A DNA stretch of 64,000 nt. Origin: an uncultured Candidatus Saccharibacteria bacterium. GTDB taxonomy: Bacteria; Patescibacteriota; Minisyncoccia; Phycocordibacterales; UBA1006. The notes below the pieces were generated by a model. It saw nothing but the letters and a program-made list of their open reading frames with translations, was not told the DNA's origin and searched no databases. Both the position numbers and the translations under genes were made by a program. This document shows, in pieces, positions 6,121-14,930 of the stretch. How positions within the stretch are numbered: position 1 is the first letter of the stretch; each line of letters begins with the position of its first letter. The DNA is taken from NCBI GenBank assembly GCA_964507625.1, contig CAZDPR010000001.1, forward strand, positions 81,499 through 145,498. Direction: 5' to 3'.

Positions 6121-6597
6121 ACAAAAAACTTTAAAATGGAAACTAAAAAACCAAGGGATAGACTTCGAACTATCTAATGAGTTCTTACGCAGAACTCACC
6201 CTTTTAGTCGCTTATCAGTTCGATATTCCTGAAACGATATATGGAAGTGGCAACATCATGATGCTAGCTTAATTGTTAATTAGGTTAGAAGATTGGTGAG
6301 TTTTCGCCGGTTTAAGTGCCGGGATAGTCCCTCTCACTATAAATGTCTAGATCCGTCAAGGGTTGAGGACATAATGAGAGATGCCAAACTGATAGGGGTT
6401 ACGGAAATTAACCTCGCTCTATAAGTTTCCATGTACTGGGTTGTACAGTAAGCGAAATGAGTAAATTTTCCGTTTTTGTTCACTAAACCTTTTATTTGAT
6501 AGATTGGAAAGTTGTTAACTTTCCAATCATCATAAAAGTTTTATTAAATTCTCTAAAGAAGGCCTAATATAGGTTTTTTATTGTATTTATTTTGTAC

Positions 6598-6626
6598 TTG
6601 ACAAAAAAATTAAAATATGATAACAT
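6598..6626 (+). promoter_or_regulatory. Extended -10 promoter P2: TTGACA (6598-6603), 17-nt spacer, TGaTAACAT (6618-6626). A paralog of P1, including the shared TACTTGACAAA context
   Basis: Direct motif comparison with 221-252. Confidence 0.5.
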
Positions 6627-6633
6627 GTATTTA

Positions 6634-6755
6634 AGTCAGTGGTGGAATTTGTTATCAAAATGACAAACTATTCCTGTTAGGAGAAAAGTCCACACAAATC
6701 TCCCTGTTAGGGGGTAAAAACAAAATCTAAAACCACCCTTCCGGGTGGTTTTTTA
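6634..6755 (+). promoter_or_regulatory. ~120-nt leader transcript from P2 ending in an intrinsic terminator (ACCACCC-UUCC-GGGUGGU plus U6 at 6732-6755), 50 nt upstream of the 799-aa gene. Candidate attenuator, riboswitch-like leader or small RNA. Contains the repeated CCUGUUAGG(A/G)G motifs
   Basis: Promoter, leader, terminator and gene in sequence. Upstream GUGGUGG (6642-6648) could alternatively pair with the terminator 5' arm. Confidence 0.4.
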
Positions 6756-6806
6756 CTGATATTATTTTTTATAGGAATCCGTTTCTTATGATATAATAAA
6801 GTTATT

Positions 6807-9206
6807 ATGAAAGAATCGTTTCTACCTGCAAAAAAAACAAATAATAATGAAATATTAATTACTCTAGAATATATTCCTGGAATGCAACCACAAGAAATAA
6901 TATTGGAAAAGTTTACCCCTGAGGAGCAAAAGGTAATAGAAGATCGCAAGGAAATATTAAAAACAATCGTAGGGGCTGTTTCAGGTAATTACTCTATTCC
7001 CGTTGTATTAGGGTTGCCTGAAAGGGTGGGAGATTCAGGTTGGCGTCATGTAAAGTTAAAAGATGGACGTGAATTCATACAACTGAATGCTCATGATATT
7101 TTAACCAAAGAAATGGATTTTTTACGGTTTGTAACAGCTCATGAGGCTGGACATCAAGCAATCACTAAATGGGATTTTATCTTTGACGATCCGGAACTTA
7201 CAGAACTATATACAAATACAACAGGATTTGCATATTTATTAAATTGCACAGAAGATCCTCGGGATAATAATTATGTTGCAGAAGTTTATGAGCCGTTTAC
7301 AGAAGTAATGAAATTAGCATATCGTTTACAAGAAGAATACACAGAAGATATGTTAATTGAAATAAAAAAGAAAATGGGGTTTATTCCAAGACATATATTA
7401 GCAGGTATGGAATATATTCAGCAATGGTACCGTGAATCTCAAACATTACCTTTTGCGATTAATTCTGATTTACCAGGTGATGTGTATGAAGTAGTTCAAA
7501 AAACATTACCATACGCAAAAGATTCATGGTGGAGATTTCCATCCAAAGAAGAGGTTGTTCGTAATCCAGACATTATTCATAAATATGCTCGCATATATTT
7601 TGATATTAATTTAAAAAAAATTTGGCCAGAATTTGCAAAATTAGTAGAAAAAGATAAAAAAGATCAACAGGTACAACAAATGTTGAAAAAGATGAGTCGC
7701 GAACAAAAAGATCAAGAAATTGAGTTGCCTCCTTGGCTTCAAGAGATTTTAAACGAAGAGGATCAAGAGTTTTTAAAAAAAATTTTGCGTGAATATTTGA
7801 AAATGCTCAAAAAGGCAGAACAGGCAGATAAAGAAGAATTGTTGAGTGATCCTGAAAAAAAACAAGAAGATTCAGATTCAGATTTAGAAGAAGGAGAAGA
7901 GGGGGTGGAGACAGGCCCAAACAACAACCCTTCTCCAGAAGAGTCTGATACAGAGAATACAGAGAATACAGGGAATACAGAGAATACAGAGAATACAGAG
8001 AATACAGAGAATACAGAGAATACAGAGAATACAGAGAATACAAAGAATACAGAGAATACAGAGAATACAGATTTACAGAAGAAAGATATTCCGTTTGATT
8101 TAGATCAATTGCCAGATGATTTAAAAGATAAATTAAGTGAAGGTATAGATAAGAATATGGACCCAGGAGAACGTGAAGAGTTAGAAAAAGAGTCAGAAAA
8201 AGCAATAAAAGAGTTAGACGAAGAGATTATTAAAAAAATACAAGACCAAACGAAAAACGATACAAAGAATTATAATGAATCAAAAAAAAGTAATAATGAA
8301 GAGGTTAAAAAAGAAGTTGAACTAAAAGATAAAAGAAAAGAAATTGAAAAAAAACTAAAAACATTTGAAGAAGGACTTGATGAATTGTTCAAATTGAAAG
8401 AAGATTTCAAAAAACAAACTGAAGTGGTTCCTGATAATAAATACCAAAAAGCGCGTCAAGAAAACTTTGAAATAATAAAAAAACTAGAAAATGATTTACG
8501 TATGATTTTTAAGAGTAGACGAGAAGGGTTGACTCAAAAAAATCTTCCCTCTGGTTCACGTATTAACATGTTTAAAAGAATTCAAGAAAAAGCACGTGGG
8601 ATTAGTGTAGTGGAATCACGAGCGTATGAACGAAAAATTTTACCTCAAGAAAAAGATTATGCAATTACGTTATTAGTAGATCTTTCCGGTTCAATGAGCG
8701 ATAAAATAGAAGAAACATTTGCCGGAGTTGTTGCAGTTACTGAATCATTGCATCGACTAGGAATCAAAACAGAAATTTTAGGGTTTAACCATCTCATGTT
8801 TGAATTTAAGAAATTTAATGAAAAAATGACAAGTAAAATACAAGATAAGATGGGTGAAATGATTAATGCAGTAAGTCAACCGGGTGCAAATGGTAATAAT
8901 GATGGTTATGCAGTACTAATTGCATCAGAAAGATTAAAAAAGACTAATGAAAAAGAAAAGATTTTAATTGCTTTTTCAGATGGTCAACCCAATCCTTCTG
9001 GTGAGTATAGTGGTGATAAATATGAGCTAACTAATGTGATTAGAAAAACTAAAGCAGATAACACTATAAAATTAGTAGGAGTTGGTTTAGGAGAAGGAAC
9101 TGATCATGTGTCGCATTATTATCCAAAAAGTGCTGCAAATATTCCCATAAATGATTTATCGAAACAATTAGCAAGAGTGATACGTGAAGCAATTGAAGAA
9201 AATTAA
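6807..9206 (+). CDS. Three-part protein: N-terminal HExxH zinc metallopeptidase-like domain (HEAGH at 7140-7154), central acidic coiled-coil linker with an (ENT)n repeat, and C-terminal von Willebrand factor A domain with the MIDAS motif DLSGS (8679-8693) and the AFSDGQP motif
   Basis: Motifs read from the translation. This architecture (putative metallopeptidase plus vWA, as in DUF2201-type proteins) is the usual partner of MoxR AAA+ ATPases. Confidence 0.7.
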   Translation: MKESFLPAKKTNNNEILITLEYIPGMQPQEIILEKFTPEEQKVIEDRKEILKTIVGAVSGNYSIPVVLGLPERVGDSGWRHVKLKDGREFIQLNAHDILTKEMDFLRFVTAHEAGHQAITKWDFIFDDPELTELYTNTTGFAYLLNCTEDPRDNNYVAEVYEPFTEVMKLAYRLQEEYTEDMLIEIKKKMGFIPRHILAGMEYIQQWYRESQTLPFAINSDLPGDVYEVVQKTLPYAKDSWWRFPSKEEVVRNPDIIHKYARIYFDINLKKIWPEFAKLVEKDKKDQQVQQMLKKMSREQKDQEIELPPWLQEILNEEDQEFLKKILREYLKMLKKAEQADKEELLSDPEKKQEDSDSDLEEGEEGVETGPNNNPSPEESDTENTENTGNTENTENTENTENTENTENTENTKNTENTENTDLQKKDIPFDLDQLPDDLKDKLSEGIDKNMDPGEREELEKESEKAIKELDEEIIKKIQDQTKNDTKNYNESKKSNNEEVKKEVELKDKRKEIEKKLKTFEEGLDELFKLKEDFKKQTEVVPDNKYQKARQENFEIIKKLENDLRMIFKSRREGLTQKNLPSGSRINMFKRIQEKARGISVVESRAYERKILPQEKDYAITLLVDLSGSMSDKIEETFAGVVAVTESLHRLGIKTEILGFNHLMFEFKKFNEKMTSKIQDKMGEMINAVSQPGANGNNDGYAVLIASERLKKTNEKEKILIAFSDGQPNPSGEYSGDKYELTNVIRKTKADNTIKLVGVGLGEGTDHVSHYYPKSAANIPINDLSKQLARVIREAIEEN
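7950..8071 (+). repeat. In-frame 9-bp tandem repeat (GAGAATACA) of about 13.5 units encoding (E-N-T)n. One unit is GGGAATACA and one is AAGAATACA
   Basis: Read directly. The minus-strand ORF 7807..8205 is an artefact of this repeat. Confidence 0.85.
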
Positions 9207-9228
9207 CAGATTTTTAATTAACTATTTT

Positions 9229-9630
9229 ATGCAAAAAAAAGAATTTCTTGATTTTTTAGAGTACACATTATCTCAAGATACTGCATCATTAGCTGTTATG
9301 AATGATATTGATGAAGTGGTATCTTTTCAGACAATTCTAGAAAATAATGAATATATTTTAATACCAAATATGTATGATTTTTTACTTACCATAGATACTC
9401 ATGGAAAGTATTACGTAATTTTAAATGAGGAAAATATTAATCCAATGTATTCATTAGTAAAACAATTTGGATCTGGTCAGATATATAATCCTGAGAATGG
9501 AAAAGCGATTATTCCTAATAAAGAAGGGTCTTTAGTAATACTTATTTCAAAAAACCTATTAAGTAAATTTGAAAATGAGCAGAATGTTTCTTTTCGGTCG
9601 ATCTGCGGGCTCATCTATCAATTAATATAG
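9229..9630 (+). CDS. Hypothetical small protein (~133 aa) between the vWA and AAA+ genes. Start placed at MQKKEF. The tracked start at 9184 overlaps the upstream gene
   Basis: ORF track 9184..9630. Tight spacing suggests operon membership. No recognisable motif. Confidence 0.4.
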   Translation: MQKKEFLDFLEYTLSQDTASLAVMNDIDEVVSFQTILENNEYILIPNMYDFLLTIDTHGKYYVILNEENINPMYSLVKQFGSGQIYNPENGKAIIPNKEGSLVILISKNLLSKFENEQNVSFRSICGLIYQLI

Positions 9631-9634
9631 TCAT

Positions 9635-11500
9635 ATGGAAAAAATACCAAGTAAAAAAACAAATGAACCGATTATTGAGACGGATAAATCTGTTTCTTAT
9701 TTAGGAGTAAATCTGTTAAAAGCAAAAAATCGTGAAGGTGCAGTAGGTCCAGAAAAATATAAATTTTATATCAATGATAAATTTCGATTAGAGTTACAAC
9801 GTGATATTGCAACAGCGTGGGCACTTAATGAACCTTATTTGTTTATAGGTGGGACCTCTATTGGAAAAACAACAACAGTTAATAAAATGTGCGCAGAATT
9901 AGGTTATGAAATGCATTATTATAATTGTACAGGAAATACAGAAGAAATGGATTTATTAGGAAGATATATACCCAATGTTCATAAAAAAACCCCTGAAGAT
10001 CCTGAGTATATTTTCCAACCTGGTCCGGTTACTCGAGCCTTAATGCAAGAGTCAGATAAGGTGAAAGTGCTTTTTCTTGATGAAATTAATGTTTCTCAAC
10101 CAAAAGTTCTGTCACTTTTGCATGACGTTATGGATTCATTAAAAACAAACACTGAATATACACTCAACGTAAAAGATGGTGAAAAAATTCCTACAGACCG
10201 AGAAAAAACAAAAATAATTGCCGCTGCAAACCCGGTATCTGGAGACATGACACATGCAAGTCCACTTTCACTAGCAACTATTCGACGTTTTACTATGCAG
10301 CGAGTTCCAGATACCTTACCTGATGAGGCTTTAAAAAATACGATTTTTAGTAAGTGTGGATTTGGGTCAATTCATGCAATTCCAGCTCCTGAGTCAAGTT
10401 ATCGTTATTCAAACCAAAAAATATTAGATAGTCGTCAATTGTCCCGTATTCCAGGAATGTCATTTATTTTGGATAAATATTTTGAATTTCATAAACATGC
10501 CTCACTTTTGTTGGATAATGGTCAAATCGGGGAAGATGATCGAGTGCAACCATTTAAGTTTGATGCAAACGAAGATGTGGACAGGGTAATTAGATTTGTT
10601 AAACGCTTCTATAATGGTGACATTAATACGGTAATGCAGGATGCAATTAAATATATTTATTTAAATCGATTATCAAATCCTAAGGATCATACAAAATTAT
10701 TAGAAAAAGCTCGAGAAATATACTATGAACCGCCTAAGGGTCAACGAAAAGGGTTAGATGATCCTCTAGATTTAGAGAATATATTATCTCTGCATGAAAT
10801 TGAAACTCTCCTACCTGATAATTTTTACGGTCCTCGTGTTGTAGAAAAAATGCTTAAAACAAGATTAAAAAAAGAAGATATACCTCCAATTCATTTAACA
10901 ATGGAAGAAGTGTTAAAAATAAAAGAAACAAATGGATCATTGATATTAAAATATAATTTTGATGCAGAAGGTAAGCCGTTAACCATTAAAAATATGGAAG
11001 AATTAGACCTTATTAATTTTGCTCCTGGAGTTAGTCGGTTTCTTAAAAGAGATCCTTTTTATACTGATGATACAGAACTGAAAAAAAAGGCAACTTGGCA
11101 AATTGTTTGGGATGTTCCCGAATCAGCAGGATTAGATATTACAAAACAGTTCGAAGTTACTGGTCATTTATACGATAAAAATACAGAAGAAATTATAAAT
11201 TCAAGTGGTGACGAAGAACGGATTACAGAGCTTAAAGATATTCATAAAAACCAAGAAAGATCAGGTATTTTTGAAACTGCTCAAGAAGTACTGTATCGTA
11301 TGGCTTTGTTTAATAAAAAAAATGCGCCTAAAGTACTGTATCCAGACGTCTTTGTTACTACTCAAAATAGAAACGGACTAGGAAAGCCGGTAAATGTTGG
11401 CCATGGAGACAATGGTATTGTAGTTAATGGGTTTGATGAAAATACAGGTAGTCCAAAAAGAATTAGTACAGTAGTTTGGGAACTACCTCCTAATAGTTGA
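9635..11500 (+). CDS. MoxR-family (AAA_5 clade) AAA+ ATPase with a ~370-aa C-terminal extension of unknown function. Walker A GGTSIGKTT (9848-9874), Walker B LFLDE (DE at 10079-10084), box VII-like DEINVSQPKVLSLLHDVMD, sensor-1 IIAAANP, arginine TIRRF
   Basis: The motif string FLDEINxxxPKxxSxLLxxMxx followed by AxANP is diagnostic of MoxR/CbbQ/NorQ-type ATPases. Gene is adjacent to a vWA-MIDAS protein. Confidence 0.7.
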   Translation: MEKIPSKKTNEPIIETDKSVSYLGVNLLKAKNREGAVGPEKYKFYINDKFRLELQRDIATAWALNEPYLFIGGTSIGKTTTVNKMCAELGYEMHYYNCTGNTEEMDLLGRYIPNVHKKTPEDPEYIFQPGPVTRALMQESDKVKVLFLDEINVSQPKVLSLLHDVMDSLKTNTEYTLNVKDGEKIPTDREKTKIIAAANPVSGDMTHASPLSLATIRRFTMQRVPDTLPDEALKNTIFSKCGFGSIHAIPAPESSYRYSNQKILDSRQLSRIPGMSFILDKYFEFHKHASLLLDNGQIGEDDRVQPFKFDANEDVDRVIRFVKRFYNGDINTVMQDAIKYIYLNRLSNPKDHTKLLEKAREIYYEPPKGQRKGLDDPLDLENILSLHEIETLLPDNFYGPRVVEKMLKTRLKKEDIPPIHLTMEEVLKIKETNGSLILKYNFDAEGKPLTIKNMEELDLINFAPGVSRFLKRDPFYTDDTELKKKATWQIVWDVPESAGLDITKQFEVTGHLYDKNTEEIINSSGDEERITELKDIHKNQERSGIFETAQEVLYRMALFNKKNAPKVLYPDVFVTTQNRNGLGKPVNVGHGDNGIVVNGFDENTGSPKRISTVVWELPPNS

Positions 11501-11624
11501 CAAATTAAATATAAAGTATATTATATGTAATAATTCTGTTCTTAAGATCTTTGAACGAGCCACATCACTTGGCTTTATAAAATTACTGTTAGTGATTATG
11601 TGAAAAATACATACGTTCTATGTA

Positions 11625-11652
11625 AAAAACTCCCCGTTGGGGAGTTTTTTGT
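11625..11652. terminator. Bidirectional intrinsic terminator AAAAAACTCCCCGTTGGGGAGTTTTTT
   Basis: Perfect GC-rich hairpin flanked by A- and T-runs. Confidence 0.6.
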
Positions 11653-11670
11653 TGTTAGGGTTTACATAAT

Positions 11671-11701
11671 AAAAAAATACACCGTACGGTGTATTTTTTA
11701 T
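11671..11701. terminator. Bidirectional intrinsic terminator AAAAAAATACACCGTACGGTGTATTTTTT. Serves the convergent rny gene
   Basis: Hairpin plus flanking A/T runs. Confidence 0.6.
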
Positions 11702-13218
11702 CGTGCGTATTCAATAACTCGGTTTTCGCGAATGACGGTGATTTTAATTTCCCCTGGATAACGGAGATCGCGTTCAATTTTTACTGCCATATCACGCGCA
11801 ATGCGGCGTGCCTGGAGATCGTTTAATTGTTCTGGGTGAACAAATACTCTGATTTCTCGTCCTGCCTGGAGAGCATATGATTTGGTTACTCCTTGAAAGG
11901 TGTTTGCAAGTGCTTCGAGTTCGCGTAATCGTTTGAGGTAGTTTTCAAGGGTGTCACGTCGCGCACCAGGTCGTGCACCACTGATCATGTCACAGGTTTG
12001 TACAATGATTGCCTCTAATGATTCGTGTGGGTATTCATCATGGTGACTGCGCATACCAATAATTACCCGCTCATCTACTCCAAATTTTTGGAGAATTTTT
12101 ATTCCAATTTCTACATGGGTTCCTTCGAATTCGTGATCGAGCGCTTTTCCAATATCGTGAACCAATCCTGCAAATTTTGCGATATAAGGATCAGCGCCGA
12201 TTTCGCTTGCCACCATTTCACAGAGATGTGCTACCTCTAGGCTGTGTTTCAAAACATTTTGTCCATAGCTGGTACGGAAATGGAGTCGTCCAAGAATTGC
12301 AACGACCCGGGGATCGATTGTGAATATACCACATTCGTAGACGGCTTCCTCACCTTTTTTCTTCACAATTTCATTAACTTCAGATTGTGCTTTTTCTACA
12401 AATTCTTCAATGCGAGCAGGTTGGATTCTTCCATCCTTGATCAGATTTTCCAAAGCAACTTTTGCAATTTGTCGTCGAATTGGGTCAAAACAAGAAATAG
12501 TAATTTCGTTTGGAGCATCATCAATGATGAGTTCAACTCCCGCCATTCGTTCAAAAGTACGAATATTGCGACCTTCTTTTCCAATGATCTGGCCTTTAAT
12601 ATCATCGTTTTCGAGTTTTACAGTAGTTGTAGTGAGTTCTGTTGCGGTAGAAGAAGCGAGACGATTAACTGCATTAGCGAGGATTACCTTTGCTCGTTCT
12701 TTTAATCGTTCTTCTCCAAATAGTTCAAGTTTTTGCATGCGTGATTGGAGATCTTCATTGTTTTTTCTTTCAATATCATTAAAAAGATGTTCAAGTGCTT
12801 CTTGACTCGTCATGCCTGCAATTTTTTCTAACGTTTGTGTTCTAGTTTTTACGAGATCTTCATTCTTTTCTTTCAATATTCTTACTTCATCCATATGTAA
12901 TTTTAACTTTTCATAATCACGATCAAGGTCTGATTGTCGTTTATCGAGTAATTGTTCCTTACGTTCGATATGTTCTTTAGTTTTTGAGAATTCTTTTTCT
13001 CGTGTTTGTTCTAATTCTCGAGATTGAGCGAGGAGTTTTTCAGATTTTATCTCTGCTTCGGTAATAATTTTTTGCGCATCAGTTCGCGCCTGTAAGAGTA
13101 TTTCTTGCACATCGGTTTCCAGTGATTTTTTCTGAAAACGAGCAATGAATATTCTCATTACGTATCCAATTCCAATCCCAATAATTAGACACAAAACAAT
13201 GCTCAGTGTAAGTGTCAT
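11698..13218 (-). CDS. rny: Ribonuclease Y (N-terminal TM helix, coiled coil, KH domain, HD domain)
   Basis: KH motif IGKEGRNIRTFERMAGVELIID and HD motif HSLEVAHL...VHDIGK in the expected order. 506 aa. Confidence 0.85.
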   Translation of the reverse strand: MTLTLSIVLCLIIGIGIGYVMRIFIARFQKKSLETDVQEILLQARTDAQKIITEAEIKSEKLLAQSRELEQTREKEFSKTKEHIERKEQLLDKRQSDLDRDYEKLKLHMDEVRILKEKNEDLVKTRTQTLEKIAGMTSQEALEHLFNDIERKNNEDLQSRMQKLELFGEERLKERAKVILANAVNRLASSTATELTTTTVKLENDDIKGQIIGKEGRNIRTFERMAGVELIIDDAPNEITISCFDPIRRQIAKVALENLIKDGRIQPARIEEFVEKAQSEVNEIVKKKGEEAVYECGIFTIDPRVVAILGRLHFRTSYGQNVLKHSLEVAHLCEMVASEIGADPYIAKFAGLVHDIGKALDHEFEGTHVEIGIKILQKFGVDERVIIGMRSHHDEYPHESLEAIIVQTCDMISGARPGARRDTLENYLKRLRELEALANTFQGVTKSYALQAGREIRVFVHPEQLNDLQARRIARDMAVKIERDLRYPGEIKITVIRENRVIEYAR

Positions 13219-13335
13219 AGGTTTATAAATTTAAAAACAATAAAATAATACAAAGATTCATTCAACAGTAACAAGTATTTCTGTAATTGTATTATTTAGA
13301 ATATACCACAATCGTCCAGTTTTGCATAGAGTTTA

Positions 13336-13364
13336 TTGACAATATTTTAAAAAGTTGCTATATT
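13336..13364 (+). promoter_or_regulatory. Extended -10 promoter TTGACA-17-TGcTATATT upstream of the secreted-protein gene
   Basis: Motif read directly. Confidence 0.45.
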
Positions 13365-13390
13365 TTATTAAAATTTTTAAAACTTAACAA

Positions 13391-14911
13391 ATGAGAAACC
13401 AAAACACACTTTTCTTTTTCTTGATTATTTTTCTGTGCAGTACTCAGGTCTTTGCATCTGATGAATGTACATGCACCTATACCTATAACGGTATAGGAGG
13501 GAACTACAACCTGGGTACCAATGAGGTACTCTGTGTACAATCCGGTACACTGACTGGAAATGTGAATATCAATGGCAGCAATGTCACGATATGTATTGCC
13601 GAAGGGGCAAACTACAGTCCCAACAATTTCAATTTCATTCACGGCCTGAAAATCGTGAACCGGGGAACCTTTATTATCAATGGTGCCAATGTGAACCATA
13701 AAGGTTACATTGATAATTATGGAACTGTTGAAGTTCGGGGAAACTTGAACTATAACAATGACCTAGAGGTGAAAAATTTTGGGACGTGGATTAATATTCC
13801 CAATTTTGAATTCAAAAGGAATTCATTATTTATCAATGAGGGGTACGTGGAATGCAGGGCTGAATTTAGTTCTGAACCACAGACTTCTTTCGTGAATAAT
13901 GGGCGAATGAAAATTGTTCAGAATTTTAATCCAAACGGGGAATTTATGAATAATGGACCACTGATCACCAATGAATTCATTAACATTAATCCTCAGGCAA
14001 GACTCACAAATCAGTGCTTTCTGTATTCTGGCAAAGGGTTCAATAATAATTCGAACCACACGCAGAACATGGGATTGATTCAGACTTCACCGGGTATGCC
14101 TATACAGTTGAATAATCGGTACTGGCAAGGTGGTAGTGGAACGCTCTGCGGAGGATCACTCATTAATAATGCGGTGGTCACAGGCGATGGTTACTATTAT
14201 TTTACAGGTAATACGGTGAACCATTCCCAGTTTGGGAATGGTAATAGCAATATTCAATTCCACGATGTTTCAAACGGGGGAAATCCGTTTGATATTGAAA
14301 ATGGATTTAGTTACATTGTATCCCATCAGGAATTTGTTCCTATGGATACAATTGCAGTTAAACAGTCAATCTGTCCTGGGTTGGCCGAAATTTTACCAGT
14401 GGAGTTAGTTTCTTTCAGTGCTTCTCGTCAGGGAATGTTGATTGAAATAAGTTGGCAAACAGCTACTGAGTTCAACTCAAGTCACTTCATTGTTGAACGG
14501 TCATATGACGCGATCAATTTTGAAGAAATTGGGAGAGTAGATGGAGCAGGTACTACACTTGTTCCACACAGTTACCACATACTCGATATGGAATCAGTCG
14601 AGTCACTTGAATCGGTTGCATATTACCGATTACGACAAGTTGACTTCGATGGTCAACTTGAAGTATTTCATATCGTTGCGGTTGATTTGGGGGACGTGGG
14701 TGATTTTGAATTACCCATTAGATTTTTCCCTAATCCAACAACGGGAATGTTATATATTCCTGGTAACGATGCAGAAAAAAGACTTTTCTCAATCAATGGT
14801 TCTTTTATTATGATGACGAAAGATCCATTCATTGATATGACTGATTTTTTGCCAGGCTTATACCTCCTGGTAATAAAAAATAAAAAAGTCGAAAAGATTT
14901 TCAAAAAATAA
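13391..14911 (+). CDS. Secreted Asn/Gly-rich repeat protein (probable beta-helix) with a C-terminal T9SS-type (Por secretion tail-like) sorting domain
   Basis: Signal peptide MRNQNTLFFFLIIFLCSTQVFA. C-terminus FPNPTTGMLYIP...INGS...IDMTDFLPGLYLLVIKNKKVEKIFKK follows the Por_Secre_tail pattern (PNP, G-x-Y, terminal K-rich strand). Confidence 0.5.
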   Translation: MRNQNTLFFFLIIFLCSTQVFASDECTCTYTYNGIGGNYNLGTNEVLCVQSGTLTGNVNINGSNVTICIAEGANYSPNNFNFIHGLKIVNRGTFIINGANVNHKGYIDNYGTVEVRGNLNYNNDLEVKNFGTWINIPNFEFKRNSLFINEGYVECRAEFSSEPQTSFVNNGRMKIVQNFNPNGEFMNNGPLITNEFININPQARLTNQCFLYSGKGFNNNSNHTQNMGLIQTSPGMPIQLNNRYWQGGSGTLCGGSLINNAVVTGDGYYYFTGNTVNHSQFGNGNSNIQFHDVSNGGNPFDIENGFSYIVSHQEFVPMDTIAVKQSICPGLAEILPVELVSFSASRQGMLIEISWQTATEFNSSHFIVERSYDAINFEEIGRVDGAGTTLVPHSYHILDMESVESLESVAYYRLRQVDFDGQLEVFHIVAVDLGDVGDFELPIRFFPNPTTGMLYIPGNDAEKRLFSINGSFIMMTKDPFIDMTDFLPGLYLLVIKNKKVEKIFKK

Positions 14912-14930
14912 TTTGTGATTCATATCGCAA

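Noticed and set aside
7950-8071. CRISPR-like repeat
   Set aside because: 9-bp units with no spacers, in frame within a coding sequence.
7807-8205. Minus-strand 132-aa ORF (LYSLYSLYS... repeats)
   Set aside because: It is the reverse-complement reading of the in-frame (GAGAATACA)n microsatellite inside the well-supported + strand vWA gene. Low-complexity artefact.
12025-12805. Three + strand ORFs (71, 153, 131 aa) inside rny
   Set aside because: Antisense to a full-length, motif-complete RNase Y gene. Typical shadow ORFs.
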